NCBI GenBank assembly: GCA_051942245.1
Contig: JAVECL010000146.1
Coordinates: 1 to 43,986 of the forward strand
DNA length: 43,986 bases
Reading direction: 5' to 3'
DNA from: Trypethelium eluteriae
Lineage: Eukaryota
The position numbers were made by a program, and so were the translations under genes. Of the stretch, positions 13,249 through 25,997 are shown one piece after another (the first letter of the stretch is position 1; each line of letters opens with the position of its first letter). The notes below the pieces were generated by a model that ran no database searches, was not told the DNA's origin, and saw only the letters and a program-made list of their open reading frames with translations.

Positions 13249-14073
13249 ATGCAGCTTTACACTCAGAAGCTTTTGATCACCTGTTTTACGCTTCTCCTTT
13301 ATAAAGCTAATGTCTTAGCTGCTTCCCTGATAAATAATTCTAATGATAGTATTGTAGCTGTTCCTCAAGTGTAAGCCTTCTTGGAATATTAGTCATAGCA
13401 AATCTAATTAGAAAAGCAGTGTTCCAACACATTTAATATACCAGTATATCTCGAATCTTTCAGAATCTTCAGAACATAATGATACGCGGAGCAGTGCTGG
13501 GCTTTCAAAGAGATCGGTATGGGCTGCAATGAACTGTTCAAGGCTAGAGATGGATCCTAGATATACGCTCTTCTAGGCCTCTCAGTGTACCGGCGTGGGC
13601 CGCAGGAGCTATCGAATTTGGTGTCGAAGATCTAGACCTGCTTACCCAGTGAACACCGAAATGCACATTGGTTTTCGCGATGAGGAAGAATCATGTGTTA
13701 ACCTTCCTGGGACGCGTCCGGTGGCCCTCTGCATCTCTGCAGCCTACACAGCAGCAATCCCCGCAGCCCAACAAAAATATGAAACGCGACGGTATACAAC
13801 GAACCTCAACAACTTAGCTGGTTCAACGTCAATTTTCAGCTTTACTTGACCGGAGAGAATGATGATAACATCCCTTTTCAGAGTTCTAAAATAAATATCC
13901 CCCCAATGGATGGAGACAACAACATCCTCGCTTCACCAAGCTCATGTAATGATTGTTCGACCCTCGGTTCTTATAATTTGCCAGGAAATACCCAAAAATT
14001 CGACATGGAGATGATATTACCGAATATTCATGACTCGGCGAAGTTGATTGAATTCGCCTGGAATGATTCCTAA
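13249..14073 (+). pseudogene. Secreted Cys-containing protein with Kex2 propeptide, frameshifted
   Basis: Signal peptide MQLYTQKLLITCFTLLLYKANVLA. Exons 13249-13370, 13420-13516 and 13577 onward are in frame, with LSKR before the mature part. The frame stops at 13849 while the -1 frame continues (FNVNFQLYLTGEND...CNDC...AWNDS) to 14073. Confidence 0.6.
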
Positions 14074-15795
14074 GCTTTGGCTTTCATGAAATAATACCTG
14101 TTTGGTGAGATTATACGACTTGCTACAACTCTTGTCGATTGAGGTGGAATGTGAGCATTCTTGTAGGGAGCTGGCTCTCTCTAGCAATTTCATGTTTCAA
14201 AATTTCTTTTATGTATTTTCGAGTAAGTGACAATCTCGGCTCCGAATCCCCAGTTTGCTAGCACACGAGTTACTTATGTAATTGAATTAGAGTGTCTACA
14301 AATTGTAGATTCATCTTTTGTAAGTGCAAGTGAAAGATCGCTGTGGCCTCTTCGGAGAATTTGATCTTCTTCGTGGACTTATACGGAGGGTCTCCTAAAG
14401 CTTGTGTGAATAGTTGATCGTAAAGATATGCAGGAATTGAGGTGTTGGTGTTTCCATGTCTTCAACCCGTGGTAGTAGTACGAGATTATTTACTGGTGGT
14501 ATGTATAATACAGCATATTTGGATAAACATTGTAGAATACTTTCATACGCGCAGTGGGGAAGAAATACCTGCGTGATACTCCTGTAGATGGCTTTAATTT
14601 CACGGGAAAAATGCAATGAGTATGACCAACAGCAACCCATGATATAGCTTTCTATGAATCATGGACAGCGCATAGCTCCAAAGATACGTCTAAATATTAG
14701 AGCACAACTTCGCTGAGGGTATGGCCCGGAAACTTTCAAGCCGGAGTACTATAGTACTCTGGTACCAAGGTCAAAAATGGATGGGGCAATCAGTATAATG
14801 GTAAGCAATTAATTTGATACGGAGATGTGTTATCCAAACGCTGGTCTCGGCTGTGGGGTTTTGTTGTTGTCGAATCCATAGAGGGTTGTTGGAAACCCGA
14901 AGCTACGATATCGTATTCTAAGTAATAGCTAGAGTAGGCAATATGTCGGATCACAGATACAGCGTCCTCGTAACCGAAAAGCTGCAGATCGGTCGAGACA
15001 ATGGAAGTCTATTCGATGGTGTCTGGAAATAAGAGGGTGAAAACGTGAAACGTGCAATGAGTACTATACCTAATCAGGCAACAGGCTCGCTGCCTCGGTT
15101 GAGTAAGGTAGGCTGAGCCAATGGCCGTGAACACCACCAAATCTGACCCAGATTAACCTTTGTGCATTCTCAGGTTCGCCATATCTCAACCACGCAGCCT
15201 CAACGTGGACTGCTGCCACAAGTGGAGTACGATATGTTCCTAGCCTGAAGCCCACTTGGATGCTAGCATCCTCAGGATTGGCCATGGAAGACATCCCATG
15301 AGCAGAGAACACGATGCCCTTCACTACCTCACATACTTCAATCCCGATTGCGATGGCTTTAGTGGTCTATGGTTACGATAGAAGCCAAGACTTTGCATTT
15401 TACCCTTGCAAAAAGCAGACCCACACTCATAAATCAGGCGCGACTTCGACTCACGGCGATCGAATAGACTTCTTCGGGAGATCAGTACGCCTCATTCTTG
15501 TGACGCCCAGAAAGCACATGTTCCGAATGAGGGCGGCTACGACCCCAGCCGCACCAGGCGAAATATGTGCACACATCAGGCAAAGACCTCGCATTACTGG
15601 GAGTAACTGCTCAACGTTTGTGAACACTCTAAATGGCGGGTCAGGTATCGTTTGACGATCTCGGGCGCAAACTTCGCTGCCTTGCTATGAGCTTGCTGCT
15701 TTTTTAAGAATGCGGAATCTCCATGGGCTTTTGAGAGCCTTCGCCTTAATGCCGTGAAATCGCGGCCCTAGAGTTATTCAACGTCAAATACGCTA

Positions 15796-18222
15796 ATGGC
15801 TGATCCTCTGTCTATCGCCGCCAGTGCCCTGGCAATAGGAGGAGCCGCAACGAAGACTTGTGAAGCGATTCGAATGCTTTGGTCGCTTCGACACGCCGAC
15901 CAAGATCTTTGTGACTTAACGAACGAAGTATGAATAAACCAGTCTCACTGTCTTACTCCGAACTCATCAAATACCAGCTGGCGGCATTTAACGATGCTTT
16001 GCAAAGTATCGAATTGACATTGCAAGTCATCGCACAGTCACACCGTGACACAACAGTGGTTTCTGGCTTACTTCACCGTCTTGAAGATGTTTGCGAGCAA
16101 GCAGTCAGACCTCTTGGTGAGCTTCAAAGACTGAGTGAAACGAAGCTTAGAAGACACCAGGATGGGCAGCCGCTGCAAGCAGCGAAATGGGCCTGGATAC
16201 GACAGAAGAAGGTCATTCACAGGCTGCAAAATCGCCTTCGAAGTGCGAAAGAATCTTTGGCACCCCTACTGCTTGCTCTTATCGCCCATTCGAGCGTTTT
16301 ACAGATGTATCTACTTTTTGCTGCCGCTTTAACCGCTTGCTAACGAGTGCACTAGGAATCTTATCGACACGGAAGGCTCTGCTAGCCGATACAAAGAGCA
16401 GATAGCCGTTCTCAAAAAGCCAGATGATAGTGGATGGATTAAAAGTTCTACTGCTCTCCCTCTCCATGTAGGTGAGGAATTCTACGGGGATATCGCCAAG
16501 CAATCCAGCTATACACCAGGCGAAGTTGTCGGTGGACTCCATCGGCGGAGCTCACCTGCATGGCACGAAGGACATGACTTGCCAGAATCGGTCATCCTCT
16601 CGAGATACCAAAGTGATAACCACTGCGAGCGCTTCTGTGCATGTCGATGTCATGTCGACACTCAGCTACGAACGCCGCAATGGTTACGATACATTGCAGG
16701 ATCGCTGATTTGCCGCACAAACTTCACATTTATCCTCACTCGAAAGAGTTGTGATCATCGCTTGTGCTCCCAAGGAGGGCCTTTGGCATTGAGGCTGTCA
16801 TACCTCACACCCTATTGGGCACCAATGCAGGCTATCAGTTTCCAAGCCATGGGCACGAGCCTCAGCGGTCCGTTTGCAACCATGCGCTCACTAAGGATAA
16901 TTCCTAGAGATGCCCCAGTATGGGCACTCATACAGTGCGGCGCTACTGAAAAGTTACAGCTACTGTTCGATAGGGGTGAGTTCTCACCATTCGATTCTCT
17001 TGATGACGGGACCTCGCTTCTTCACGTACGTCCACCATTCCAAAATTTGGGCTTAATGCCAATGACTGAAACGTCACAGTATGCGGGATCGAATGGTAGA
17101 ACTGGCATGTGCGTGTTTCTCATACGAAATGGCGCTGACAAGTATTTTCGGGATTCCCACGGAATGTAAGCAATATTGATCTCCTCGTTCTCTCTGATCG
17201 AATATCTTTCAGCTTATACTCAATTTTCTACCAGAGCCGCAATACAACCAGGTCTCGATCTGTTCCTGAAGAATGGACTCTCGGGTGTAGCCGGCTTCGA
17301 CTTATTTTCAGAGGAAGCGTTCTCAGATAATCAGGGCTTCACCTTCCTCCATCGAATCATTCTCGGCCATTGCCCAATCGACCTTAACGAGCATCTCCGC
17401 CATAGCCCTACGGGTAATCTGGATGTTTTTGACAGCAATCGACGTACGCCACTGCTCTGGGCAGCATGGAGTGGAAGAGTCGACTATGTACAGCTTCTAG
17501 TAGACTATGGAGCCGAAGTCGAACACAAGGACCTCGAACATGAAAGCGCACTCAGTAAAGCATGTAAGGCCGGCCATATCGAATGTGCTAAGACGCTGCT
17601 GAAAGCTGGAGCCTCTCCGCACACAGGGAATTGCTACCATGTGCAGCCGATTCACTATGCTAGTCAGCAGAAACACCATATCGCAATTGGCCTTTTAGAT
17701 GCCTTGCTAAAGCATGGTGCAGATGTGAACGCGAGAACGGACAGCCTTGCAACGCCCCTACATTTTGCAGCGAGCTCTGGGGTCGCGGAGAATGTGGACT
17801 ACTTGATCCAACATGATGCAAACTTGCAAGCACGGAACAGATCTCATTTGGATGCGTCACTTCTGGCCCTAGCTAATTGGCATAATGATCTGTTCTGCTA
17901 CCTTGTAAGACTTGGAGCAGACATACAACCGTCTCCCGGCAGCGTGCTGAACGTTCTGCATTTGGCCGCCTGGGGAGGCTCAGATGACAGCTGGACTACG
18001 ATTGAGGAAGCCGTACGAGACGATCGACTATGTGGCACGAATCTCAATATGTGGCACAATGAACATATTATCTGGGATTGTCTTGACAAATGCCGTCCCT
18101 TTCGCTCCTACAACGAACGCCAGACTGAGGAGACGGACTATGCTAATATAAGAAAAATTCAAAAGACTCTTCAAATCTCGCTGAATGAGTTGGAACCGAA
18201 GAAACTTTCTGGATATGGCTAG
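15796..18222 (+). CDS. Fungal HeLo-like/SesA-type N-terminal domain + Cys cluster + ankyrin-repeat protein (~734 aa)
   Basis: Exons 15796-15927, 15978-16306, 16356-17025, 17080-17165 and 17235-18222 join in frame. N-terminus MADPLSIAASALAI, motif CERFCACRCH, and ankyrin repeats (TPLLWAAWSG, TPLHFAASSG, LLKHGADVNAR). Confidence 0.85.
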
Positions 18223-19398
18223 TGACTAATTTTCTAAATATCTCAAATTCTAGTGCAAGTAACACGGTACGTATCATAGCAGCCATTTCATCCCTCATGC
18301 TTTATACTCATAGTATCAAAAAATCAAAAGCGGATCTCTCGGAAGCCACATTGTTATCCACTATTATACTATGGCGACTGAAGTCACATGTTCCTCAAAT
18401 CTTGTCTTGCTTGGCCACTCCATTGCCGCGAAATCCCCTCACAGCGCTTTCGGGTCACAAAGCCATTCGCATACATCGTATTCATCTCAGTGCGAATCCA
18501 TCGCTTCGAATTGGGCTTTGGGCGGCTGCCAAGGGTCGACGCTTCCGCTTGGCGGATCACCCGGCTTCCCTGGACCAATGGAGTCACTGGGATCGTAAAA
18601 GGAAGCCTCAGTATGTTCATGCCGCGAATGGGCCATCTGGTATCCTTCAAGCTCGGTAATCAAGACGTCGAACGCGTGGACGTTATCGTACAAAAAGTCA
18701 TCTGCTGTTTCTTCGCCACCTACGATCCAGTTAATGTCGATCTTTGATGCCTAGCATTCTATTGGAATTCTGACCTGCATCGTTGATGCTAAGCAGTGGA
18801 CCTTTGGTTGCTTTATGTATCATATCATCGAGCCATGGTCCCATTCCACGATGATCTTTGTCGTTACCCGACATTGGAAGAATCTGATTAGATCCAAACG
18901 ACTCGATGACGCCGTCGCTCCTGGTACGCTTTAGCAAAGGCTGCTCTAACAACGTACGAGTTCCGCACATCATACTTCAAAAGATCCGCTCCTCGACGGT
19001 ATGGTCCAAATGCTTGGTCTATTGAATTGTCGCAAATTGTTGCGCGAGACCACTCACGGCTAAGGAAGTAGAGTGTGAGCTGAAGAATGATCTGATGAAC
19101 TTCAGTATACACGAAAGACAATTTTCAAGAATGTCGGCCAGATTTTCCAAGAGGTTATATGCGACATAACGATCGTTCAATGATCCTCTTATACTCATTT
19201 ACGCGACGAACGGTCTCTACCCGGAGCCCCTCAGAGGTCCTCTACATTCAAAGCTTGATGCATCTTATCGATGGATCAAACACTAAAGATTCACTTCATC
19301 GCCCTGGGTTGCATTTGAGCACGCGCCCTTACAGTGTCTGTGGGCGCGTTTGCACTTCGTCATTGCGGGCGCCCTCGCATCCGGTCATCGAGGGCGCA

Positions 19399-19654
19399 CT
19401 CTCCTTCAGACTAAGCGGTGTCCGATATTGACGCAGACCACCACAACCCAAGACCTCTCATCTCAACCAATTTGGTGTTTTATGCTTATCTCACTATTGG
19501 CTTTGCGAAATCTATGAAACCTTCTATAGTAGCTATTATATAGCAAGATAAGAGGTGTAGGAGGTGTACAAGGTGTAGGAGGTGCGGTAGTAAAGGAGGT
19601 TTTGGGGTGTGATGATCCGTGTTAAAATTGGATATGTCTTAGTCTGAAGGAGAG
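19399..19654. mobile_element. Degenerate ~255 bp inverted-repeat element (MITE-like)
   Basis: CTCTCCTTCAGACTAAG at 19399 is exactly inverted ending at 19654, and ~40 more bp pair imperfectly, mostly with transitions. The interior is AT-rich with GAGGTGTAG-like repeats. Confidence 0.6.
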
Positions 19655-20489
19655 GCGCAGTCGCCCTTTGCGGACGGTGCCATCGACTAATCGGGAGGGC
19701 AAACCGAAAATTCAAGTTTACGGCCCTGTCAGTACTCTCTGAAAGTCAGCGAACGCTATTCTGATAGCAACACGGACCTAAAAATGGGGCGCAAATGCAT
19801 AATAGGTACAGGCCTAGTGTGAGTCACCACGAGGGGCGAGGAACATCAAAAGATACTCTCTGCTCATTTCAAACCCGTAATCCTCTCACACATGAGTTAT
19901 TGGGACCGAAACAGCTTAGTATCTCATCATCACATGATTTTCAAGGCTCTGAGAACTCTAGTATTCATGATCATACAGCCACCGGAAGCCAGGCTCGGTA
20001 GCGCGACTAAGCGCGATCTCTAATGACGAGAAGAAGTTTGTTTATGGGGAGGAAGCTATTTAGCTTGCCTTTGGCGAGGTTTTTCAAGAGAGCTGAGGCG
20101 GCCCAGAGATTGGAAACGATGAGGATACACAGCACTGCAACGCATCGACGCAACCATGACGTTATTACTTGCGCTATCGAACCCATATTCGACATTTCTT
20201 TAGAATCTGATGATTATTTTGGTCATCTGGCTTAGCTGAGCTTCTGAGGATCAAACTCAACAGGCACGAAGAAAAGCACTTTGCTACAAATGCTAAACTG
20301 CCCATGAAATACTATGCAAAAATGAAACAAAATATGCATGCACTTTTGAGTAAGACAATACGTGGACCGCATAACGCTTTGGAGAAGAGAAATTCACCAT
20401 ACATGTGGAGTCTCGGAAGAGACGCACTTTCGATTAAGAGGCAGAAGAATAGTTCTACCCAAAGCTCAGTATCTCAGCGTGATAGTTTT

Positions 20490-21990
20490 CAGGCTCGGAC
20501 ATCCTCGGATAATCCCTCCATTTATACGGCGATGGAAGTAAACATCGCCAAGTAACAAATGATTCTCGTCTTCTAGTTGTCTCATGATGTAAGGGACTCA
20601 AGCTCCTGAAAACAAGATATCCCGATCAATGTTGATGACACCGTCAAGCTCAAGCCACGTATATTCCTTCGTGGTGGAAAACATAGTTCTCGACACTCGG
20701 AGGTAGTCGAATTTAGCTCAATATATGGGGGAGATGGGTGAGTGTGGCACTCTTTTGCAGATAAAACTGAAGATCTGCTGGTCGAGGAACGACGCTAACC
20801 CCAATCGTTGAGCTCTCCAGGCTCTCGATCGGCAATTGCAGTCCTGAATACAGCTTCTGATATCTTATTGTCATACCGGTTTTTTTGTTATTGCGGCTTT
20901 GAAATAAGAAACCATCTGCCGGGCTTGCTTAAGGTCGATGAATAGCTTGTCGATAGCATCAATTAATGTACTCTGGAGGAATAAGAGATGAACCGCGTTT
21001 TCCTCGTTTTGTTTGAGCGTGTAAAAACGAGGGACTGAAGGATATCTCACGCTTGTAGGTGTTAAGTCTATGCGAAAGAAAGGAAGATCCAGTGAACGAT
21101 GCTTTGATGCAGACCAGTCGGGCAACCAAGAAGGCAACTCAAGATATGACGACCACATGGATAGAGTACATAATTATACCATACCAAAGGTAAATTCTCG
21201 CTGCATGGATATACACGTCCTGCACGGAGCGGCCCTAATCATTTCTAATCTTAGATGATCAATCTTCTTTCGGAAAGCCAACGAGAGAAGGCTTTGTCAA
21301 TTGATCATCGGTCTCGGATCAGAAAGAACTCCCGCAAATCCAACAGCCTTAGATTTTTCCAAGCAGTCTCTCGGTTCGCTAGACTTTCGCTAGCTATTAT
21401 CGTTCAAGAGTATTCGCGTAATATCCACCCAGAGGATGTAATAGCATTCAGAAGAGTAGTTGCAGAACTTGTCTTAAGACTCTTCAAACCCTTCAAAGCA
21501 AGCCGAATAAATAATTTCTTACGGCACGATTTCTCCACCAGGCAGTACGTGGGCACAGTAGGCATCTGACAACTCGTGGCATATCCAGAATTAGCGGAAC
21601 TATGATCGTTCGGCCAGTTCGAGTATTGAGTTATCATCCAACGGAGAGAGCCGATTGCTTCCTAACGTTCAAGAAGCCTTCTTTGAGAAGATAACGACAG
21701 AAGCGCGATATATATATATATATATATATATCATAAAGCGAATGAATCTGACACAGGCGCTCCGCCGCGTCTGAGTGATCGATGCTCCAGGAATTGAACC
21801 GCACACGACGTGAAAAGGGCCCGGCACGAATTTGTACACTCTTTTCCCTGCGAGCTGCAACCAATGGTATTCGAGAATCACCTTATCGACATGTGGTTGG
21901 GTTCCTTCGCCTAAACTTTTCTAAACTTGATTGAATTTGGTCTAAGACTCCCGGAGGAAAGCTCGTCGGAAGAAATCGCGAACCAAACTA
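20490..21990 (-). pseudogene. Degraded HET-domain (HET-6-like) heterokaryon incompatibility gene
   Basis: Remnants appear in the expected order: FPPGVLDQIQSSL; SIDHSDAAERLCQI..YDIY; LELAERS*FR*FWICHEL; LPSWLPDWS; LFSGA*VPYIMR...LLLGDVYFH. Many stops and frameshifts; boundaries approximate. Confidence 0.75.
21708..21731. repeat. (AT)12 microsatellite inside the HET pseudogene
   Basis: Perfect AT dinucleotide run at the position of the 'DIY' codons. Confidence 0.95.
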
Positions 21991-22364
21991 GGTTGAACAT
22001 CGAACCTCGGTTAATGGATATTCTTGAGTACACAACAAGTTGATAGCAGCAGGTAAATACGTATCCATGATTTCAATGAAAGTGCCAACTCGGAACTCTA
22101 GTGTTTCAATCCCTTGATTCCCTTCTTGTAAACGAACAGACCGGTCAATCTTCGAGAGGTTCAACAGGTTTAAGAGGCTCTCAGAGTTGATATCGTACTG
22201 ACTGATTTGTCAAGGATAGAATCGAAAGCTCCACGAGAGCCACCAAAGCCGTGGTCTGAGTCCCTAGGTGATGAATGTCCTCAGTCGATTGGATCCTCCT
22301 CATTCTCAGCTTCTTGCCCTTGCGGATTTCCATGATCATTAGAGTCCTCATCATCCTTATCATC

Positions 22365-24074
22365 CTAAGCATCACCGTAGTCGTCGTAATTCTTGCGGTT
22401 GATCAAGACACGCTTCCGGTCGCAAGGTTTGTCGGGAGCTACCGAAGCATCCCAAGGATTCCTCCACTCAGACAAAGCTCTGCCAGCCTTCATCTGCAAC
22501 GCAACATGATCAGAAAACTCATCTGTAGATTGAAATGTTGCACCACAGAATCCACATTGCAAGCAGCTGCGAGAAAGAGGAGGCTTGAGGTATATCCGTT
22601 CAACGCCTTCTTCGTCAACACATGGGTGGAACCGTTTCACGTGTAGCTTGAACTTATCAGACCTTGAGTGGAAACGACCCGGTAGTCCACCACTAAAGCT
22701 CAATTCCTTCTCTCTGCATGGTCGATCAAATCTATGCTCTGACTCGAAGTGCTCATCGTTTGGCTCTACAATGGAGCAAAAAGTACATCGCTGGCGGTTC
22801 TGGTTATCCTTCCATCGCCTGCCGATGTTGCAAACATAACCTTCATCCCGCTTCAGATGCCGTTTCAAATCACAGGGCTTGGTAAAAGTCTGGCCGCAAA
22901 AAAATGGACAGACATATGGCTTCTCCTCGTCTCTTGGTTTGGCTTTGTTGGCATCTTTATCTTCGATACTCATGTAGTGGCTGCAAGAATCCTTAGCATG
23001 GTCACTTGAGCTGCTTCTGTCCATCATTAAGTTGATAGATAGTTCCTTCTTCCGGCCACAAGATTGTGAACCGGATTGGGATCGCAGTGCCCTTGCTCCC
23101 GAGAGCTTCTTAACCCTTCCCGCAGACGCGCTCTCCTGCTTTGTCCTGCGTGGTCGATTAGATCCTCTCGGATCGTGAAACAAGAGTCTCTGTCGATTCG
23201 GTGACTGGGAAGGGCTAGACATGAATGAGGTTGGAGTGTCGTAGAGTCTATATTTCCCTGAACCATCATTAAGGAATGCATCGACGTCACAATTCAAGGC
23301 TCTCTTTACAAATTGTTGCATTTGATCAATAGTGGGTCTTTCTCGATGAAGCCTGTTTAGAATGGATCTCCATAGGTTTTCAATACACTGCTCTTGAGGA
23401 TGACCTTGATAATTGTCGTAAGCTCGAAGCGGCTGAAATGGAGTGGACAACGAATATCGGGGACTACACTGGCTAGGGAACCCTTCAATCTGTGATCGAG
23501 CCGCTTGAAAGGGCGATGATTCTGTGGGAGTTTGTCCAGAAAGGTGTGTACCTGACTGTAGTTCAAAGGGAGCTGATGTCATTTGCCCAACCCAGCTGAT
23601 CGGCGCCGGGTCAGATGTCTGATGAACGACATCAGATGCTTCCGGTGAAAACGGAGTAGAGACCTCGCTTATACAACTCGAGTCGATCTGTGAATTCTCC
23701 TACAATATTCATTAGTTTAGCCAGACAAATAGATAGGCCACTTACTGCAGATGGATAATCTGACGGATCAGCCGAGAAAAAGCCAGAGTCTTCTGAGCTT
23801 TGAGTCTAGGGTGATGAGCTGAAGTTACACACGACACTATCAGCAAACCCACCAGAAACATCGAACTGGGGGCGCTGCCATGAGGGACATCAGACGGTAG
23901 AGACAGAAAGTTTATCCACGACCCCTCCATTCCCGGACTCGAAACCCAATGTTCCACACCCATACACGTGTTTGAGGGATTTTGAGGAGCGTTATTTCCG
24001 TTGTAGCCGACGTCTTTGCCCGCCCGTGGTCTCACTCGATCACCGGGAAGGTAGGGGTTTCCGCCTTGATTCAT
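22365..24074 (-). CDS. C2H2-type zinc-finger protein (probably C-terminally truncated)
   Basis: Exons 24074-23853, 23805-23746 and 23699-22365 join in frame. Finger-like motifs: CPFFCGQTFTKPCDLKRH, CTFC..HFESEH, RSDKFKLHVKRFH, CGFCGATF..FSDHV. The 5' exons are less certain. Confidence 0.7.
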
Positions 24075-25997
24075 AGCTCCCGAAGAAAGTAGGCAGACTT
24101 TTTCTAAGACATGCAGCAGCCTAATCAACAGAAGTCATGGAAAAGAAGAGAATGGGGAAGGCAGACTTTCTGACCAGCATCATACTTTATTGGCAAATAC
24201 TCCACAGTAACGACGCGGCTTTGCGAGGCTGATCGGGCAACAGCGCCCTGGAAGGCGACCTCAAAGGCGCCCTCAGATGCGCCCTTACAGACATAGGAGG
24301 CGCAAGCAGTCTTTGCTTATTGCGCCCTCCAATATCCGTAGCGATTATAGACCGGTGATATCTGTGAAGCAAGTTTGTCGCAATATTGCTGCAAGCCAGT
24401 GTATCTCACTGCATGGCTGCCCGTCCTTGGAACGAATGAAGAGGTAGTTTATCATGTCGTCCCGGGCGCCTCGACGTTCGCCGCATTCCGCCTTTTCCGG
24501 GTTCCAGCCTTCCCGTGTCATGGGAAGCAGAGATGCATTCGGACACTCTTGAAAAGAGCCGCAAATTTGAACAATCGCTTTCGAGGAGAAGAAAGCGAGA
24601 TACATATTGTGGGACCGGTTAAGGGCGTCGTTGACGGGGCGTAGCGTGTCCAACACGCCGCGCCCCGGCTGTGATGACGATACTCCTCTCGCCCAGGCCT
24701 TTTGTTGGATGTGATTTAGCCGTGCTGAGGCTGAACCAGTCAGACAGGGTGAGGCATTATCTAACTATCAAGGTGTTCGGCCTTTCAATTTAAGGTTCAT
24801 AAGCCCGAATGCATTAGCTACGGAACGGGCTAGTAGGCTTACTCTATGCGTTATCCCCGGCCGCTAGACCATATACGACACAACTCGGTGAATATTGAAA
24901 CATCCCCGGTTTAAGCCTCTGACACGTTTAGGCAGGGTGCATTATTGAATAGATGGTATTCAATAGCGAAAGTCAAAGTACATACTCAAGAGCAGTCAAG
25001 ATATGGTCCCCAGCGTGCTGCTTATCAACGCCCCCCCACCCCCAACATCATTCCAGAGTTTTAACAAAGAAGATACTTTCCGTATTTCTATGTAGAAAAT
25101 ATAAGTCTAGGCTTCCGCCGACAAGATAGATTCCGATGGAAGCATCAATTTCCTACGTACGAAATTCTTCCAAGTTCATCTATCCGAACCTGGCAAACGA
25201 GGTCCAGCAGGTGACCTGTCGAACCTATGGTTGTACACTACTTTAGACTTCACTCCAAGACTGAGGCTCAGCCGGACTTACAGGCAGGAACATGGGTGAG
25301 GTATATGCATCCAACATCATAGGCCCCTTTACAGGAAATATGATATAGTGGAACATTCCCGACAGCTTGTTTTTCCACGATATGGTTGGGGAAGCACCAG
25401 CCCAAAGTCAACCTCGTTCTTGCTTCTCGGAACATATAGATACGAATCTGATCAATTATCTCACTCATTTCGATCTTGGCATTCGGACTTGTATAATGAG
25501 CGTTGTGTCTCGATCTGCGGTAATCATAGAGTCAGCTGCTTACGAGAGACGCAATAGGTTTTCCTTGTCTTCCTTCATTTCAACAAAATACTGCCAAGAA
25601 GGGAAGAGTTGGATCCGCATAGATTGGTCATCGAAATTGCCTTGTCGGAGACGTAAATTAGGACTGTAGACGCTGTGCACGGCAAGTATCAAATCCTCCC
25701 CAATGTAAGGTAAGGCTTGATCAAGAAAGTCCCGATGAAAGACTTCCCTCTTATCCTTCCACTTCTGGCCGCTGTACTACCCGCAGTACTGGCCTCACTA
25801 TTTGTTGTTTCGCAGCGTTGGAGGGTCAACCTCATATCAGATAATAACAGCTTCACCCGTTCTCTTCGGAGAAACCGGGTTAAATGCAAGCAAGATTCGC
25901 TCTATGCTGATTTTCGTTCTATCCTGAGATTTATTCTGTCCTGATCGTCATGCTTCAAGAGCACCTGCCAATGTAGCACGTCCACCAAAGGCGCCAA

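Noticed and set aside
14395..15655. Short minus-strand ORFs possibly from decayed genes
   Set aside because: No recognisable motif or splice structure.
18300..19130. Chain of short minus-strand ORFs resembling a pseudogene
   Set aside because: Could not be assigned to a family or joined into a consistent frame.
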